A stretch of DNA of 64,000 bases from an uncultured Gemmatimonadales bacterium (GTDB lineage: Bacteria > Gemmatimonadota > Gemmatimonadetes > Longimicrobiales > Longimicrobiaceae): NCBI GenBank assembly GCA_963716255.1, contig OY970303.1, forward strand, positions 992,001 through 1,056,000, given 5' to 3'. This document shows, one piece after another, positions 50,746-60,993 of this stretch (positions within the stretch are counted from its first letter, which is position 1; every line of letters begins with the position of its first letter). The notes under the pieces were generated by a model that had not been told where the DNA came from, made no database searches, and saw only the letters and a list, made by a program, of their open reading frames with translations. The position numbers and the translations under genes were made by a program.

Positions 50746-50874
50746 GCGTGAGGGATTTCGGCCCGAAGGGGCGAGACCCGGCGGCTGTTTGCCGGGGCTC
50801 GACTCCGTTGAGCAGCGTTGTTTGCTGCTCTACGGAGCCGAAGCCCGACCCCGGCGCCAGCCGGGGGCACGCCC
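50746..50874 (+). repeat. Family A structured repeat copy 6
   Basis: Match to consensus. Confidence 0.92.
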
Positions 50875-50980
50875 GGACCCGGCAGTCGTTCGTGCGACGA
50901 ACATTGCACGACGGAGGCGAGAGGGCGATGATTGGCGGAATTCGGTCTCACGCGGTTCCACCTTTCCGGATCCCTCCCCC

Positions 50981-52885
50981 ATGAACGGCATCACCTTTTC
51001 AGGGCTCGTGCAGTCGGGCGCCGGCGGGCTGTATCCGCTGGCGGGCAAGCGGGTCACGCTGTACGCGGCGACGGACGGAGCGCCCACCCCCCTCGGCAGC
51101 GGGACGACCGAAGGGAACGGGTGGGTGAGCATGCAGGTCCCCGATGCCCCTTCGGGCGGCATCCTGTACGTGACGGCGGACGCGGGCGGAGGCGTGGTGC
51201 TCATGACCGTCCTGGGGACGGACTTCGAGGGCTCGTTCGTCGTCAACGAGCTCACGACTGTGGCGGCCGCATTCAGCATGGCGCAGCTCGCGTCCGGCGG
51301 CACCCTCCAGGGGCCGGCGCCCGGCCTGCGGACCGCGGCGGGAATGTGCGCCAACCTGGTCCCGGCCTACTCGGGGATGCCGTCGCCGGTGATGCAGTCC
51401 TCGCCCAACGCGGACGAGACGATCGCGCTGCGATCCATCCGCGCGCTGGGGAACCTGGTCGCCGCGTGCGTGCGCGGGGTGCCGGACGCGACGCGGACGC
51501 TGCTCGCGCTCGCGACCCCGCCGGGCGGAGACCCGCCCGCGGACACTTTCCAGGCGCTCGTGGGCATCGCCCGCAACCCGGCGAACAACGTGGGCGCCAT
51601 CTTCCAGCAGGCGCAGCTCGCGGAGGTGTACACGCCCGCGCTGGAGCCGGAGCAGCAGCCGGACGCGTGGACGCTGGCGGTGAAGGTGAACGACTCGGGG
51701 GACGACGCCTTCATGTTCGGCGGGCCGGCCAACCTCGTCTTCGACGCGAACGGCTACGCCTGGATCGCCAACAACGTCATCCAGGGGCAGCCGTACTCGG
51801 CAAAGTGCATCATGGTGCTGCGGCCGGACGGCAGGCCGGCGGACGGAACGGACGGGACGCCGAAGTCGCCGGTGTCCGGAGGGGGCATCTGGGGACCGGG
51901 GTGGGGGATCGACATCGACCCGGACGGCAACGTGTGGGTGGGCAACTACGGCTGGGGCCACGACGACGACCCGCCCGCGGGGAGCGTGACGGAGCTCCGC
52001 GCCGACGGCACGCCGGTCTCGGGCGACGAGGGATACGTCAACGAGCTCGATCGCGTGCAGGCGGTCCGGTCGGACGGCGCCGGCAACATATGGATGGCGA
52101 GCTTCGGAAACGACCAGCTGGTCTGCTACCCGGGCGGCGTGGAGGGGAATGCGATCGCGGTGAAGAGCGGGAGCAAGCCGTTCGGCGTCGCCATCGCGGA
52201 CGACGGCAGCGCCTGGGTCACCAACGGCGGGGGCCTGGGATGGCCCCGGGCAAACCCGAGCACCGTCTGCCGCTACAGCCTGGACCTGGAGGCCGGGCGG
52301 CTGAAGCCGGAGATGGAGGTGGGGGTGGGGTACGCGGTCAAGGTGGTCGTGGTCGACTCGCAGCAGCATGGCTGGATCGCGTCGTCCGGGGACAGCAAGG
52401 TGTACCGCATCAGCCCGGACGGAACGAAGATAAGCCAGTTCGACGGCGGGGGGATCGACACGCCGTGGGGGCTCGCGGTGGACGGCGAGGACAACGTGTG
52501 GGTGGCCAACTTCGGCAAGCTGGGCCCGGGCGAGGTCTTCACCACGGGCGCGCTCTCGGTGCTCGCGGGGGCCACGGAAAAGAACCGGCGGGCGGGGCTG
52601 AACACCGGGGACCCCATCTCACCCTCCACCGGCTACACGCTGAAGTCGGCGGGCGACCCGGTGCGGCTGCACAACGGCGAGCTCCTGTACGGACCGGAGA
52701 GCGAGCCGTGCTACGATCCGCTGATGCGCTCCACCAGCTGCGTGATCGACCAGGCCGGCAACGTGTGGGTGGTCAACAACTGGAAACCGGACTTCAGCAG
52801 CGACTTCCTCCCGAAGGCGGGCAACCCGGGCGGCGACGGCATCGTGATCTTCGTGGGCCTCGCGAAGCCTCCCCGGCGGGCCTGA
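50981..52885 (+). CDS. NHL-repeat/beta-propeller protein
   Basis: Repeated P.G.A.D..GN.W..N blades; N-terminal VNELTTVAAA region. Confidence 0.82.
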   Translation: MNGITFSGLVQSGAGGLYPLAGKRVTLYAATDGAPTPLGSGTTEGNGWVSMQVPDAPSGGILYVTADAGGGVVLMTVLGTDFEGSFVVNELTTVAAAFSMAQLASGGTLQGPAPGLRTAAGMCANLVPAYSGMPSPVMQSSPNADETIALRSIRALGNLVAACVRGVPDATRTLLALATPPGGDPPADTFQALVGIARNPANNVGAIFQQAQLAEVYTPALEPEQQPDAWTLAVKVNDSGDDAFMFGGPANLVFDANGYAWIANNVIQGQPYSAKCIMVLRPDGRPADGTDGTPKSPVSGGGIWGPGWGIDIDPDGNVWVGNYGWGHDDDPPAGSVTELRADGTPVSGDEGYVNELDRVQAVRSDGAGNIWMASFGNDQLVCYPGGVEGNAIAVKSGSKPFGVAIADDGSAWVTNGGGLGWPRANPSTVCRYSLDLEAGRLKPEMEVGVGYAVKVVVVDSQQHGWIASSGDSKVYRISPDGTKISQFDGGGIDTPWGLAVDGEDNVWVANFGKLGPGEVFTTGALSVLAGATEKNRRAGLNTGDPISPSTGYTLKSAGDPVRLHNGELLYGPESEPCYDPLMRSTSCVIDQAGNVWVVNNWKPDFSSDFLPKAGNPGGDGIVIFVGLAKPPRRA

Positions 52886-52985
52886 CCCGCGGATCTACCC
52901 CTCATCCCCCGTCCCCCTCCCCCGCAAGGGGGGAGGGTGGCGCGCAGCGCCGGGTGGGGCCCCCGCGGACGCCAGCGCGAAACCC

Positions 52986-53114
52986 GCGTGAGGGATTTCG
53001 GCCCGAAGGGGCGAGACCGCGCGGCTCTTTGCGCGGGCTCGACTCCGTTACGCACGGTCGTTTCGTGCGTTACGGAGCCGAAGCCCGACCCCGGCGCCAG
53101 CCGGGGGCACGCCC
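52986..53114 (+). repeat. Family A structured repeat copy 7
   Basis: Match to consensus with covarying stems. Confidence 0.9.
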
Positions 53115-53138
53115 AACCCCGCCGTTTTCAGTAGCCGT

Positions 53139-54473
53139 TCAGCCGGAAGAACGCCTGAGGCGCAGCACGGACACGCGCCTCTCGTCCACCTCCTCCACCC
53201 GCAGCTCCATCAACCCGGCGGCGGAAGAAACCGCGACCACGTCGCCGACCACGGGCACCCGCTCCAGCGCCCCGAAGACGAACCCGCCCACGGTGTCGAA
53301 GTCCTCCTCGGGGAGCCCGGTGCCGAAGCGCTCGTTGACCTCGGAGATGGACGCGCCGCCGTCGATCAGCACGTCGCCCTCGGGGGTGGCGGCGAAGTCG
53401 GGCTCGGCGACGTCGTGCTCGTCGTTGATGTCGCCGACGATCTCCTCCAGCAGGTCCTCCATGGTCACCAGTCCGTACGTCCCCCCGAACTCGTCCAGCA
53501 CGATGGCCAGGTGCACGCTCTGCTGCCGGAACTCGGCGAGGAGATCGTCCACCGGCTTGGTGTCGGGGACGAAGTAGGGCTCGCGCATGACGCGGCGCAC
53601 GTCGAACGATTCGCCCACGGCGGGATCGCGGTCGCGCAGCAGCGGGAGCAGGTCCTTGCTGAGCACCACGCCCACGATGCTGTCGATGGAGCCCTCGTAC
53701 ACGGGAAAGCGGGAGTGGCCCTCGGTCACCACCGTTTCCAGGAGCGCGTCCAGGGAGATGTCGGCGGGGACGGAGACCATCTCGGTGCGGGGGGTCATCA
53801 CCTCGCGCGCGACGGTGTCGGTGAACTCGAAGACGCCGTGGATCATCTCGCGCTCGTCCTCCTCCACCACCCCCTGCTCGGAGCTGCGCGCCACGAACAT
53901 GCGGATCTCGTCGGGGGTGTACACCAGCGGGTGGAAGCCGGTGGAAACGCCGAAGGGGCGCAGCGCGGCGGGGACCAGCCGCGCCAGCGGCCAGGTGAGC
54001 GGCCGCAGCAGCAGCGCGACGGCGCGCAGCGGGCCCAGGGTGAGCCGCGCCACGCGCTCGGCGCGCCCGGCCCCCAGGAGCTTGGGGAGCTGCTCGCCCA
54101 CCAGGGCGTGCAGCAGCACGACGGCGGCGACGGCCAGCGCGGCGGCGGCGCCCTGGGGCAGCGTCGTCCCCACCAGGCGCGGCGCGGCGCCGGGCGGAAG
54201 CGCGGCGTAGCTGCCCTGCACGGCGAGCGCGGCCAGCCAGCCCAGGAGGACGGAGGCGGTGCTCCGGCCCAGCTGCGCGGTGAGCGCCAGCTCGTCGGTA
54301 CGGTCGGCGGGGACGGGGGCGCGGACGGCGCCCGGCTCACCTTCGCGTTGGCGCGGCTCCACGGAGCGGCGGCGGAGCGTGAGGAGCGCGAACTCGGCTG
54401 CGGTGAAGAATGCGTTTGCCGCGAGGAGCGCGGGCAGCGCGACGAGGAAGGGAACGGCTGGGTGGGTGTCCAT
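53139..54473 (-). CDS. Hemolysin/CNNM family (DUF21-CBS-CorC) Mg/Co transporter
   Basis: NAFFTAAEFAL, GEQLPK, REVMTPR, HSRFPVY, DEFGG, EDLLEEIVG. Confidence 0.92.
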   Translation of the reverse strand: MDTHPAVPFLVALPALLAANAFFTAAEFALLTLRRRSVEPRQREGEPGAVRAPVPADRTDELALTAQLGRSTASVLLGWLAALAVQGSYAALPPGAAPRLVGTTLPQGAAAALAVAAVVLLHALVGEQLPKLLGAGRAERVARLTLGPLRAVALLLRPLTWPLARLVPAALRPFGVSTGFHPLVYTPDEIRMFVARSSEQGVVEEDEREMIHGVFEFTDTVAREVMTPRTEMVSVPADISLDALLETVVTEGHSRFPVYEGSIDSIVGVVLSKDLLPLLRDRDPAVGESFDVRRVMREPYFVPDTKPVDDLLAEFRQQSVHLAIVLDEFGGTYGLVTMEDLLEEIVGDINDEHDVAEPDFAATPEGDVLIDGGASISEVNERFGTGLPEEDFDTVGGFVFGALERVPVVGDVVAVSSAAGLMELRVEEVDERRVSVLRLRRSSG

Positions 54474-54530
54474 GGGAGGCGGCGCAGTGGCCGGTCGGGG
54501 CCCCGGGAGCGGGGCCCCGACGCTTCCGCG

Positions 54531-54863
54531 TCAGGCGGCGGAAGCGGCGACTTCTTCCTCGCCCGCCTCGTCCCCGTCCTGCTCGGACGGGGTCTCCACG
54601 GACTCGCCGCCCGCGGCGGCGTTGTCGATCACGGGGCGGCAGAAGCGGAGACCGATGTTCTTGAGGTCGGTCAGCTCTTCTTCCCCGAGCGAGGGGTAGC
54701 ACTCGCCGAGGTACTCGATGGTGTCGTTCATCCACTCGAGCTGCTGCTCCTCGGTGGAGCGCAGCACGCCACAGCGGTGGATGTGGCCGAACAGGTCGTT
54801 GCGCGCCTGCTCGACTTCACTGGGCCCGCGGCTCGGGGCGGTCGGCTTCTTCTTCCGGGTCAA
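54531..54863 (-). CDS. Hypothetical protein
   Basis: TTG start after GGAGG; ARNDLFGHIHRCGVL..EWMNDTIEYL..GLRFCRP. Confidence 0.65.
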   Translation of the reverse strand: MTRKKKPTAPSRGPSEVEQARNDLFGHIHRCGVLRSTEEQQLEWMNDTIEYLGECYPSLGEEELTDLKNIGLRFCRPVIDNAAAGGESVETPSEQDGDEAGEEEVAASAA

Positions 54864-55055
54864 AATGCCTCCACGATATGTGCAGTGGCACCTCGCGCGC
54901 GAGGTGAGAATTCGGTGTTCGTCTGAAGCTACAAATATAGCACGTTGCGGGGTTTCTGGAAACACCCGCCCCCCGTCCGGCGGGAGCGGGGCGCGGCACT
55001 TGCACGCCGGGGTCCCGACAGGCCCCGCGGGGCCCCCGACCGCTCGCACCACACG

Positions 55056-55895
55056 ATGATCGCGCGCTTCGTCCCCCCGACTCCGGACCGCACGCTCTCC
55101 GGCGCTCCACGCCTCCCCGCGAGGTGGCCGTGGCTGCCGGACCGCCGCTTCGTCACCGAGGTGCCGCCGCACCGCATCCACGCGGCGGAGTTCGGGACGG
55201 AGGGGGAGCCGCTGGTGCTGCTGCACGGCCTCTCGGGGTCGTCGCGGTGGTGGCGCCGCAACGTGCCGGAGCTCGCCCGCAGCTTCCGGGTGGTGGTGCC
55301 GGACGTGATCGGCTTCGGGCGGACGCGGGTGCGCGGCAGGCTCCCGCCCATCGGGGAGATCGCGGACCTGCTGGCGGGATGGATGGACCGGCTGGCGCTG
55401 GGCCCGGTGGACCTGGTGGGCCACTCCATGGGCGGACAGATCGCGGTGCACCTGGCGGCGCGCCACCCGGAGCGGGTGAAGCGGCTGGTGCTGGTGGACG
55501 CGGCGGGGATCCCCCGCCCCGTCACCCCGCGCACGCTGGTGCGCTTCGCGGCGGAGGTGTCGCCACCGCGCCGCTGGGGCGATCCGTTCTTCCTCCCCAC
55601 CATCGTCGGCGACGCGCTGCTGGCGGGGCCGCGCACCATCCTCCGCGCCATCGGCCACATCCTGCGCGACGACGTGCGCCCCCTCCTGCCGCGGATCGCC
55701 GTGCCCACGCTGGTGGTGTGGGGGGAGCTGGACACCATCATCCCGGTGGAGCACGCCCGCGAGTTCCGCGAGGGGATCCCGGGGGCGCGCCTGGCGCTGC
55801 TCCGCGACGCGGCCCACAACCCCATGGTGGACCGCCCGGACGCTTTCAACCGGCTGGTCGCGGACTTCCTGCGCGGCGAGAGCGTGGGCGAGTGA
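55056..55895 (+). CDS. Alpha/beta hydrolase
   Basis: LLHG, GHSMGG, WGELD, AAHNP. Confidence 0.9.
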   Translation: MIARFVPPTPDRTLSGAPRLPARWPWLPDRRFVTEVPPHRIHAAEFGTEGEPLVLLHGLSGSSRWWRRNVPELARSFRVVVPDVIGFGRTRVRGRLPPIGEIADLLAGWMDRLALGPVDLVGHSMGGQIAVHLAARHPERVKRLVLVDAAGIPRPVTPRTLVRFAAEVSPPRRWGDPFFLPTIVGDALLAGPRTILRAIGHILRDDVRPLLPRIAVPTLVVWGELDTIIPVEHAREFREGIPGARLALLRDAAHNPMVDRPDAFNRLVADFLRGESVGE

Positions 55896-56680
55896 CGGCC
55901 GCGGTGGAGGGGAGCCCGCTCGCCCGGGCGGCGGCGGAGTGGGCGGGGACGCTCCGGGTGGAGGTGGGCCCCTGGCACATGCGCTTCCACCAGGCCGGCG
56001 AGGGCCCGCCGATCGTACTGGTGCACGGCCTGGGGGTGTCGGCGGACTACTGGTACCGCAACGGCCCGCCGCTGGCCGCCGCCGGCTTCCGGGTGCTGGC
56101 GCCGGACCTGCCGGGCTTCGGGCGCACGGAGGGCCCGCCTGGCGGGCTCCCCGTGCGCAGCCAGGCGGCGGCGCTGCTGGCCTGGGCGCGGGCGCTGGAG
56201 CTGGGTCCCGCGGTGTACGTGGGCCACTCGCTCTCCTGCCAGACCGTGCTGGAGCTGGCCGCCGCGACGCCGGAGGCGGTGTGCGGCCTGGTGCTGGCCT
56301 CCCCCACTGGAGCCCCCCACGGCCACCGCCTGCTGCGCCAGGGGTGGGGCTTCCTGCTGGACGTGCCGCGCGAGGACCCGCGCCTGGTCCCGGTGGTGGC
56401 CCAGGCCTACCTGCGCGCGGGCCCCCTGCGCGTGTTCCGCACCTGGCGCCAGGGCGCGGAGCACGACCCGCTGCCGCTGCTCCCGTGCGTGCGGGCCCCC
56501 GCGCGCGTGGTGGTGGGAGAGCGCGACCCGGTGGTGTCGCCGGAGTTCGCGGAGGCGCTGGCCCGGGGGCTGCCGGGGGAGGGGCGGGTGGTGTGGATCG
56601 AGGGGGCGGCCCACGCGGTGCACTTCGGCGACGCGGAGGCGTTCAACCGCGCGGTGCTGGAGTTCGCGGCGGGGTTGTGA
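55892..56680 (+). CDS. Alpha/beta hydrolase
   Basis: LVHG, PDLPGFG, GHSLSC, GERD, AAHAV; GTGA overlap with the previous gene. Confidence 0.88.
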   Translation: MTAAVEGSPLARAAAEWAGTLRVEVGPWHMRFHQAGEGPPIVLVHGLGVSADYWYRNGPPLAAAGFRVLAPDLPGFGRTEGPPGGLPVRSQAAALLAWARALELGPAVYVGHSLSCQTVLELAAATPEAVCGLVLASPTGAPHGHRLLRQGWGFLLDVPREDPRLVPVVAQAYLRAGPLRVFRTWRQGAEHDPLPLLPCVRAPARVVVGERDPVVSPEFAEALARGLPGEGRVVWIEGAAHAVHFGDAEAFNRAVLEFAAGL

Positions 56681-56704
56681 TACCGGTCCGGACGAGCAGG
56701 ATTT

Positions 56705-56833
56705 GGGCGTGCCCCCGGCTGGCGCCGGAGTCGGGCTTCGGCTCCGTAGGGCTGCAAACAACGCAGCCCAACGGAGTCGAGCCCCGGCAAACAGCCGCCG
56801 GGTCTCGCCCCTTCGGGCCGAAATCCCTCACGC
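56705..56833 (-). repeat. Family A structured repeat copy 8
   Basis: Reverse-complement match. Confidence 0.92.
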
Positions 56834-56971
56834 GAGGCTGGGGCTGGCGTCCGCGGCAGGCCCCCTCCCCGGCGCCGCGCGCCGCCCCTCCCCCGCAAGC
56901 AGGGGAGGGGAAAACAACAATGGCGGAACGGCGCGCCTGCGCGCCGTTCCGCCGTTGTTGTCCCGCCGTAA

Positions 56972-57130
56972 GCAGTTCCGCAGTACCCATATCGATCTGT
57001 TCGGGGGGAGACTCGCCGGCTGTTTGGCGAGGCTCACCCCGGCGGAGGGAGACAGCCGGGCAGTTTCGGCTGGCTCCCGGAGCCCGCGCAGGAGACGGAC
57101 GGCTGTATCGTCCGGCTCCGTAGCGGCCCG
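56972..57130 (+). repeat. Three-hairpin repeat, family B copy 4
   Basis: Leader cagttccgcagtacc; loops ggctgttt, ggcagttt, gctgtat. Confidence 0.85.
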
Positions 57131-57134
57131 CCGC

Positions 57135-58142
57135 CTACCGAGAATCCAGCTTCTCCGCGATCGCCCAGGCGAGAAGCGGCACCATGATCTCGTGGTGCCC
57201 GGTGATCTGAAAACCCCGCCCCCCGCCGGACCGCGTCGGCCGCTCGACCACGTTGACCCGGGGACGGTAGTGCCGGAGCATGTCCAGGTCGCAGGTGACG
57301 AACTCCCCCGGCCGCCCCCCGCCCAGGTTCCGCGCCACCGTCAGCGCCTTGAGGAACACCTCGGGCATGACCACCGCCGACCCCACGTTCAGCACCACCC
57401 CTCCAGAGTCCAGACCGGGCAGCGCGCCGGCCAGGCGCCGGAAGTCCCGGTGGCCGGTGTCGCCGATGGCGGCGCCGTCCGCGAGCGGGTGCTGGTGGAT
57501 GATCTCCGCGCCCAGCGCCGGGTGGATGGTGTACTGCACGCCCAGCTGGTGCGACTGGAGGAGCAGCGACAGCTCCGGGAACGCCAGGTCGGCGCGGGAG
57601 TCCAGGTCGCGGGCCAGCGCCTCGCCCATCCCCCACCCCGCCTCCGTGCCGCGTCGGAAAGCCCGGTTCATGTCCGCCCCGGTCTCGTCCGCCATGCCGA
57701 ACGACCCGTCGCGCAGCCCGGCCTCCACGTCCTCGCTGGTGCCGCCCCAGCGCGCCATCTCGTAGTCGTGGATCGCGGCGGAGCCGTTGGAGGCCAGGTG
57801 GGTGGCGGCCCCGCGCCGCATCAGGTCGATGAAGACCGGGGCGAGCCCGGTCTTCACCACGTGGCCGCCCAGCATCCACACCACGGCCCGCCCGCCGCGC
57901 ACCGCCGCCGCGACGGCGTCCACCACCTGGAGGAAGGCTTCCGCCTGCAGGATGCGCGGCAGCGAGCCCAGGAACGCGCCGAAGCCGCGCGCGGCGGCAT
58001 CGGCCGGGGGCGGCGTGGCGAAGTGCTCGGCGAGCACCTTGTTTGGGCGCCCGCCCACGGGGACGGTGCGGACGAGGGAAAGGTCCGCCTCCGGACGCGG
58101 TGCCGGCGCGGACCTCTGGGGAGTGTCGTCGGGTGGGGTCAT
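57135..58142 (-). CDS. Conserved protein, deoxyhypusine-synthase-like fold
   Basis: MLGGHVVKTGL, SNGSAAIHDYE, TSEDV, NVGSAVVMPEVFLKAL, GHHEIMVP. Confidence 0.7.
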   Translation of the reverse strand: MTPPDDTPQRSAPAPRPEADLSLVRTVPVGGRPNKVLAEHFATPPPADAAARGFGAFLGSLPRILQAEAFLQVVDAVAAAVRGGRAVVWMLGGHVVKTGLAPVFIDLMRRGAATHLASNGSAAIHDYEMARWGGTSEDVEAGLRDGSFGMADETGADMNRAFRRGTEAGWGMGEALARDLDSRADLAFPELSLLLQSHQLGVQYTIHPALGAEIIHQHPLADGAAIGDTGHRDFRRLAGALPGLDSGGVVLNVGSAVVMPEVFLKALTVARNLGGGRPGEFVTCDLDMLRHYRPRVNVVERPTRSGGGRGFQITGHHEIMVPLLAWAIAEKLDSR

Positions 58143-58248
58143 CGCTCGGCTCGGGGTCCCGTGGCGCCCCGGCCGCCGCCGGGGATGCGCAAAGCTACGG
58201 GGCCGGAGCCGGGAGCGAAACCGGCGGGGAGCGGCCGCGCAATCCTCC

Positions 58249-58377
58249 GCGTGAGGGATTACGGCCCGAAGGGGCGAGACCCGGCGGCTGTTTGCCGGGG
58301 CTCGACTCCGTTGGCGAGCGTTGTTTGCTCGCCTACGGAGCCGAAGCCCGACCCCGGCGCCAGCCGGGGGCACGCCC
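58249..58377 (+). repeat. Family A structured repeat copy 9
   Basis: Match to consensus. Confidence 0.92.
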
Positions 58378-58393
58378 AACCCCGCAGTTCGAA

Positions 58394-59206
58394 TCAGCGC
58401 CCGGCCTGGTACTCCGTCATCTGCATGGTGAGCGACCCGATGACGGGCACCCTGCTGCGGATCATCACCGGAATGCGTCGCGCGTCGTCGCTGAAGTACA
58501 CCTCGGCCTCGCCGCCCTCGCTGAACAGCCCCTTGGTGCGGATGACGGGGCGCACCACGATGGTGCGGAAGGTGCCGGCGGGGACGGTCACCGTCTCGCG
58601 CCGCAGCACCCGCAGCACCACCGGGTTGCCGCTTTCCTTGAAGTACTGGTTCAGCCGGTACGTCTCGCCCACCTTGAGCGGCAGGGTGCGGGCGTAGTAG
58701 AGGAACGAGATGTCGTCCAGCGGACGGTCGGTGGGGATGCTCCCCGTCTCGCCGTTGTCCAGCCGCCGGTACTGGCGCTGCTCCGGGAAGAACTCGTAGG
58801 TGCGGTTGCGCTCGAAGCGGACCTCCTGCTGGTCCTGCTTGAAGCGGCGGGAGAAGTGTCCGGCCACGTCGATCCAGGTGTCGAACTTGTCGTCCACCCG
58901 GGCGATGCGGTTGCCGCCGGACAGGCGGAAGCGGGCGTGGTAGGTGTCGTGGCCGTGGACCTTCTCGATCCCCACCACCTGCATGACGCCGCTCCCCACG
59001 CGGATCACGCCCAGCTTGACCTGGTACGACGCCTTCTCGCCGGCCCCGAAGGGCGCGGCGGGGAGCTCCGTCTCCGGCGCCGAGTCCTGCGGCGCGGCGA
59101 CCAGCTGCTGCTGCTCGGCGGCGGCGCGCGCGTCGGCATGCACCGCGAGCCCGAGAACGGCCGCGAGGACGACGAGCGCCCGGCGGCCGGCAGATCTATT
59201 TGGCAT
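58394..59206 (-). CDS. DUF3108 domain exported protein
   Basis: Signal peptide; GEKASY, D.ISFLYYAR, VPAGTF, SDDARRIPV. Confidence 0.8.
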   Translation of the reverse strand: MPNRSAGRRALVVLAAVLGLAVHADARAAAEQQQLVAAPQDSAPETELPAAPFGAGEKASYQVKLGVIRVGSGVMQVVGIEKVHGHDTYHARFRLSGGNRIARVDDKFDTWIDVAGHFSRRFKQDQQEVRFERNRTYEFFPEQRQYRRLDNGETGSIPTDRPLDDISFLYYARTLPLKVGETYRLNQYFKESGNPVVLRVLRRETVTVPAGTFRTIVVRPVIRTKGLFSEGGEAEVYFSDDARRIPVMIRSRVPVIGSLTMQMTEYQAGR

Positions 59207-59219
59207 GTCTCCTCATGGT

Positions 59220-59999
59220 TCAGCTCGCCTGCTCCGGGGGCGGCGCGGCGCGCGCCCGGGGAGCACGGGGGGCGCGCGGCGCCCTGCGCGACAGCCGCCA
59301 CACCTCCGAGAGCGCGCCCCAGGGCCGGAAGCGGCTTTCCCGGTCGCGCCGGTCGTACCGCACCGACACCTCGGCGGCCTCGGCGCGCCGCGCGTGCGGC
59401 GCCACGGCCAGGAGCAGCTCCGCGTTGGCGGCCCACCCCTGCCCCGTCAGCAGCGGCTTTCCGTCGCGCTCGCCCAGCGCCCGCTTCAGCACGGCGACGC
59501 GGTACGCGCGGAAGCCGGAGAAGGGGTCGCTGATCTCCCGCGGGAGGGCGGCGCGGCCCAGGAGCCAGGGGAGCCCCCGGCGCGACCAGCGCAGCGCCCG
59601 CGAGTGCTGCGGGCCCGCCTCCACCGCGGAGGCGCCCACCACGTCCGCCCCGCCCTCCATGCGCTTCACCAGGGCGGGGATGTCCTCCGGGGCCTCGGTG
59701 AAGTCGGCCTGGAGCACCACCGCCACGTCGCGCTTGGGGTGGGTGGAGCGCGCCACCGCCTCGCGCAGCAGGCGCTCCAGCGCCGCCGCGTACCCCTGCG
59801 TACGCTCGTTGCGCAGCAGGGTCACGGGGAGGACGCGGGCGTACGGCTCCACCACCTCGCCGGTCCCGTCGGTGGAGCCGTCGTCCAGCACCAGGACGTG
59901 GTACTCGCGGGGAAACTCCGCCATGACGCGGCGGATCTTCCAGAGCAGGACGCCGACGGTCCGGGCCTCGTCCAGGGCGGGGATGCAGATGTAGATCAC
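59220..59999 (-). CDS. Glycosyltransferase family 2
   Basis: IPALDE, LDDGSTDGT, QAD, DPFSGFRAYR. Confidence 0.88.
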   Translation of the reverse strand: MIYICIPALDEARTVGVLLWKIRRVMAEFPREYHVLVLDDGSTDGTGEVVEPYARVLPVTLLRNERTQGYAAALERLLREAVARSTHPKRDVAVVLQADFTEAPEDIPALVKRMEGGADVVGASAVEAGPQHSRALRWSRRGLPWLLGRAALPREISDPFSGFRAYRVAVLKRALGERDGKPLLTGQGWAANAELLLAVAPHARRAEAAEVSVRYDRRDRESRFRPWGALSEVWRLSRRAPRAPRAPRARAAPPPEQAS

Positions 60000-60003
60000 G
60001 TGG

Positions 60004-60993
60004 TCAGCCGGGTGTCGGGGCGGGGCCGTCGCCAGCCCCGGGAATACCCTCGGCGGAGGGAGACGGTTCCGGCGGCGGCCTGGTCTTCCAGCGCCGGTGG
60101 AACCAGAAGTACTGCTCGGGCGCGGCGCGCACGTCGGCCTCCAGCGCGGCGGCCATCTGCGCGGTGAGCCCGGCCACGTCGGCCTCCAGGTCGCCGGTGG
60201 AGTGCACGGGGACGCGGTGGCCGCTCACCTCGTAGCGCACCTCGTCGCCCGGGAGGCGGCGGGCGGTGCAGGCGAAGACCGGCGCGCCCAGCCGCAGCGC
60301 GAACAGGGCGGTGCCGCGGTGGGTGGAGGCGGGGCGGCCGAAGAAGGGGACGAACACGCCGGAGCGCCGCGCGTCCTGGTCGGCCACGATCCCCACGATG
60401 CCGCCCTCGCGGAGCACGCGCGGAACCTGGCGGCTGGCCTGGTGCATCTCGATGGTCTCCACCCCCAGCCGCCGCCGCAGCGCTTCCAGGCGGGCGTCCA
60501 CCAGCCGGTTCCCCATGCGCTTGACGATGGCGGCGATGGGGACGCCGCGCGCGGCCACGGCGGCGGCGGCGATCTCCCAGTTGCCGAAGTGCCCGGTCGC
60601 CAGGATCACGCCCTTTCCCTCCGCCCTGGCCTCCAGAAGCTCCTCCCAGCCGTGCGTGTCGGTGCGGCGCACCACCTCCGCGGCGTCCAGCCGCGACAGG
60701 CGCAGGATGGCCGCCGCCTCGCGACCCAGGTGCCGGTACGCGGCGCGCGCGGTTTCCCGGATCCACGCGTCGGACGCGTCGGGGTAGGCGATGCGCAGGT
60801 TTGCCTCCACCACGCCCCTGCGGATGGCGAGCGGCCCGCCCACCAGCTTCCCCGCGCCCGTGCCCAGCCCCGCCGCGGCGCGCTCGGGGAGCGCGGACAC
60901 GGCCCGCTCCAGCCCGCGCGCCAGCACGTACTCCACCCGGTGGGCGAGCGTGGGGCGCGCCGCCTCCGTCCTGGCCCCGCGCGCGGCGCTCAC
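60004..60993 (-). CDS. Lipid A lauroyl/LPLAT acyltransferase (LpxL/HtrB-like)
   Basis: GHFGNWE, ADQD, VPFFG, PEQYFWFHRRWK. Confidence 0.9.
   Translation of the reverse strand: MSAARGARTEAARPTLAHRVEYVLARGLERAVSALPERAAAGLGTGAGKLVGGPLAIRRGVVEANLRIAYPDASDAWIRETARAAYRHLGREAAAILRLSRLDAAEVVRRTDTHGWEELLEARAEGKGVILATGHFGNWEIAAAAVAARGVPIAAIVKRMGNRLVDARLEALRRRLGVETIEMHQASRQVPRVLREGGIVGIVADQDARRSGVFVPFFGRPASTHRGTALFALRLGAPVFACTARRLPGDEVRYEVSGHRVPVHSTGDLEADVAGLTAQMAAALEADVRAAPEQYFWFHRRWKTRPPPEPSPSAEGIPGAGDGPAPTPG

Noticed and set aside
37097..57130. CRISPR array interpretation of family A/B repeats
   Set aside because: The variable parts are short self-complementary stems rather than unique 30-40-nt spacers; the copies are dispersed; no cas genes.
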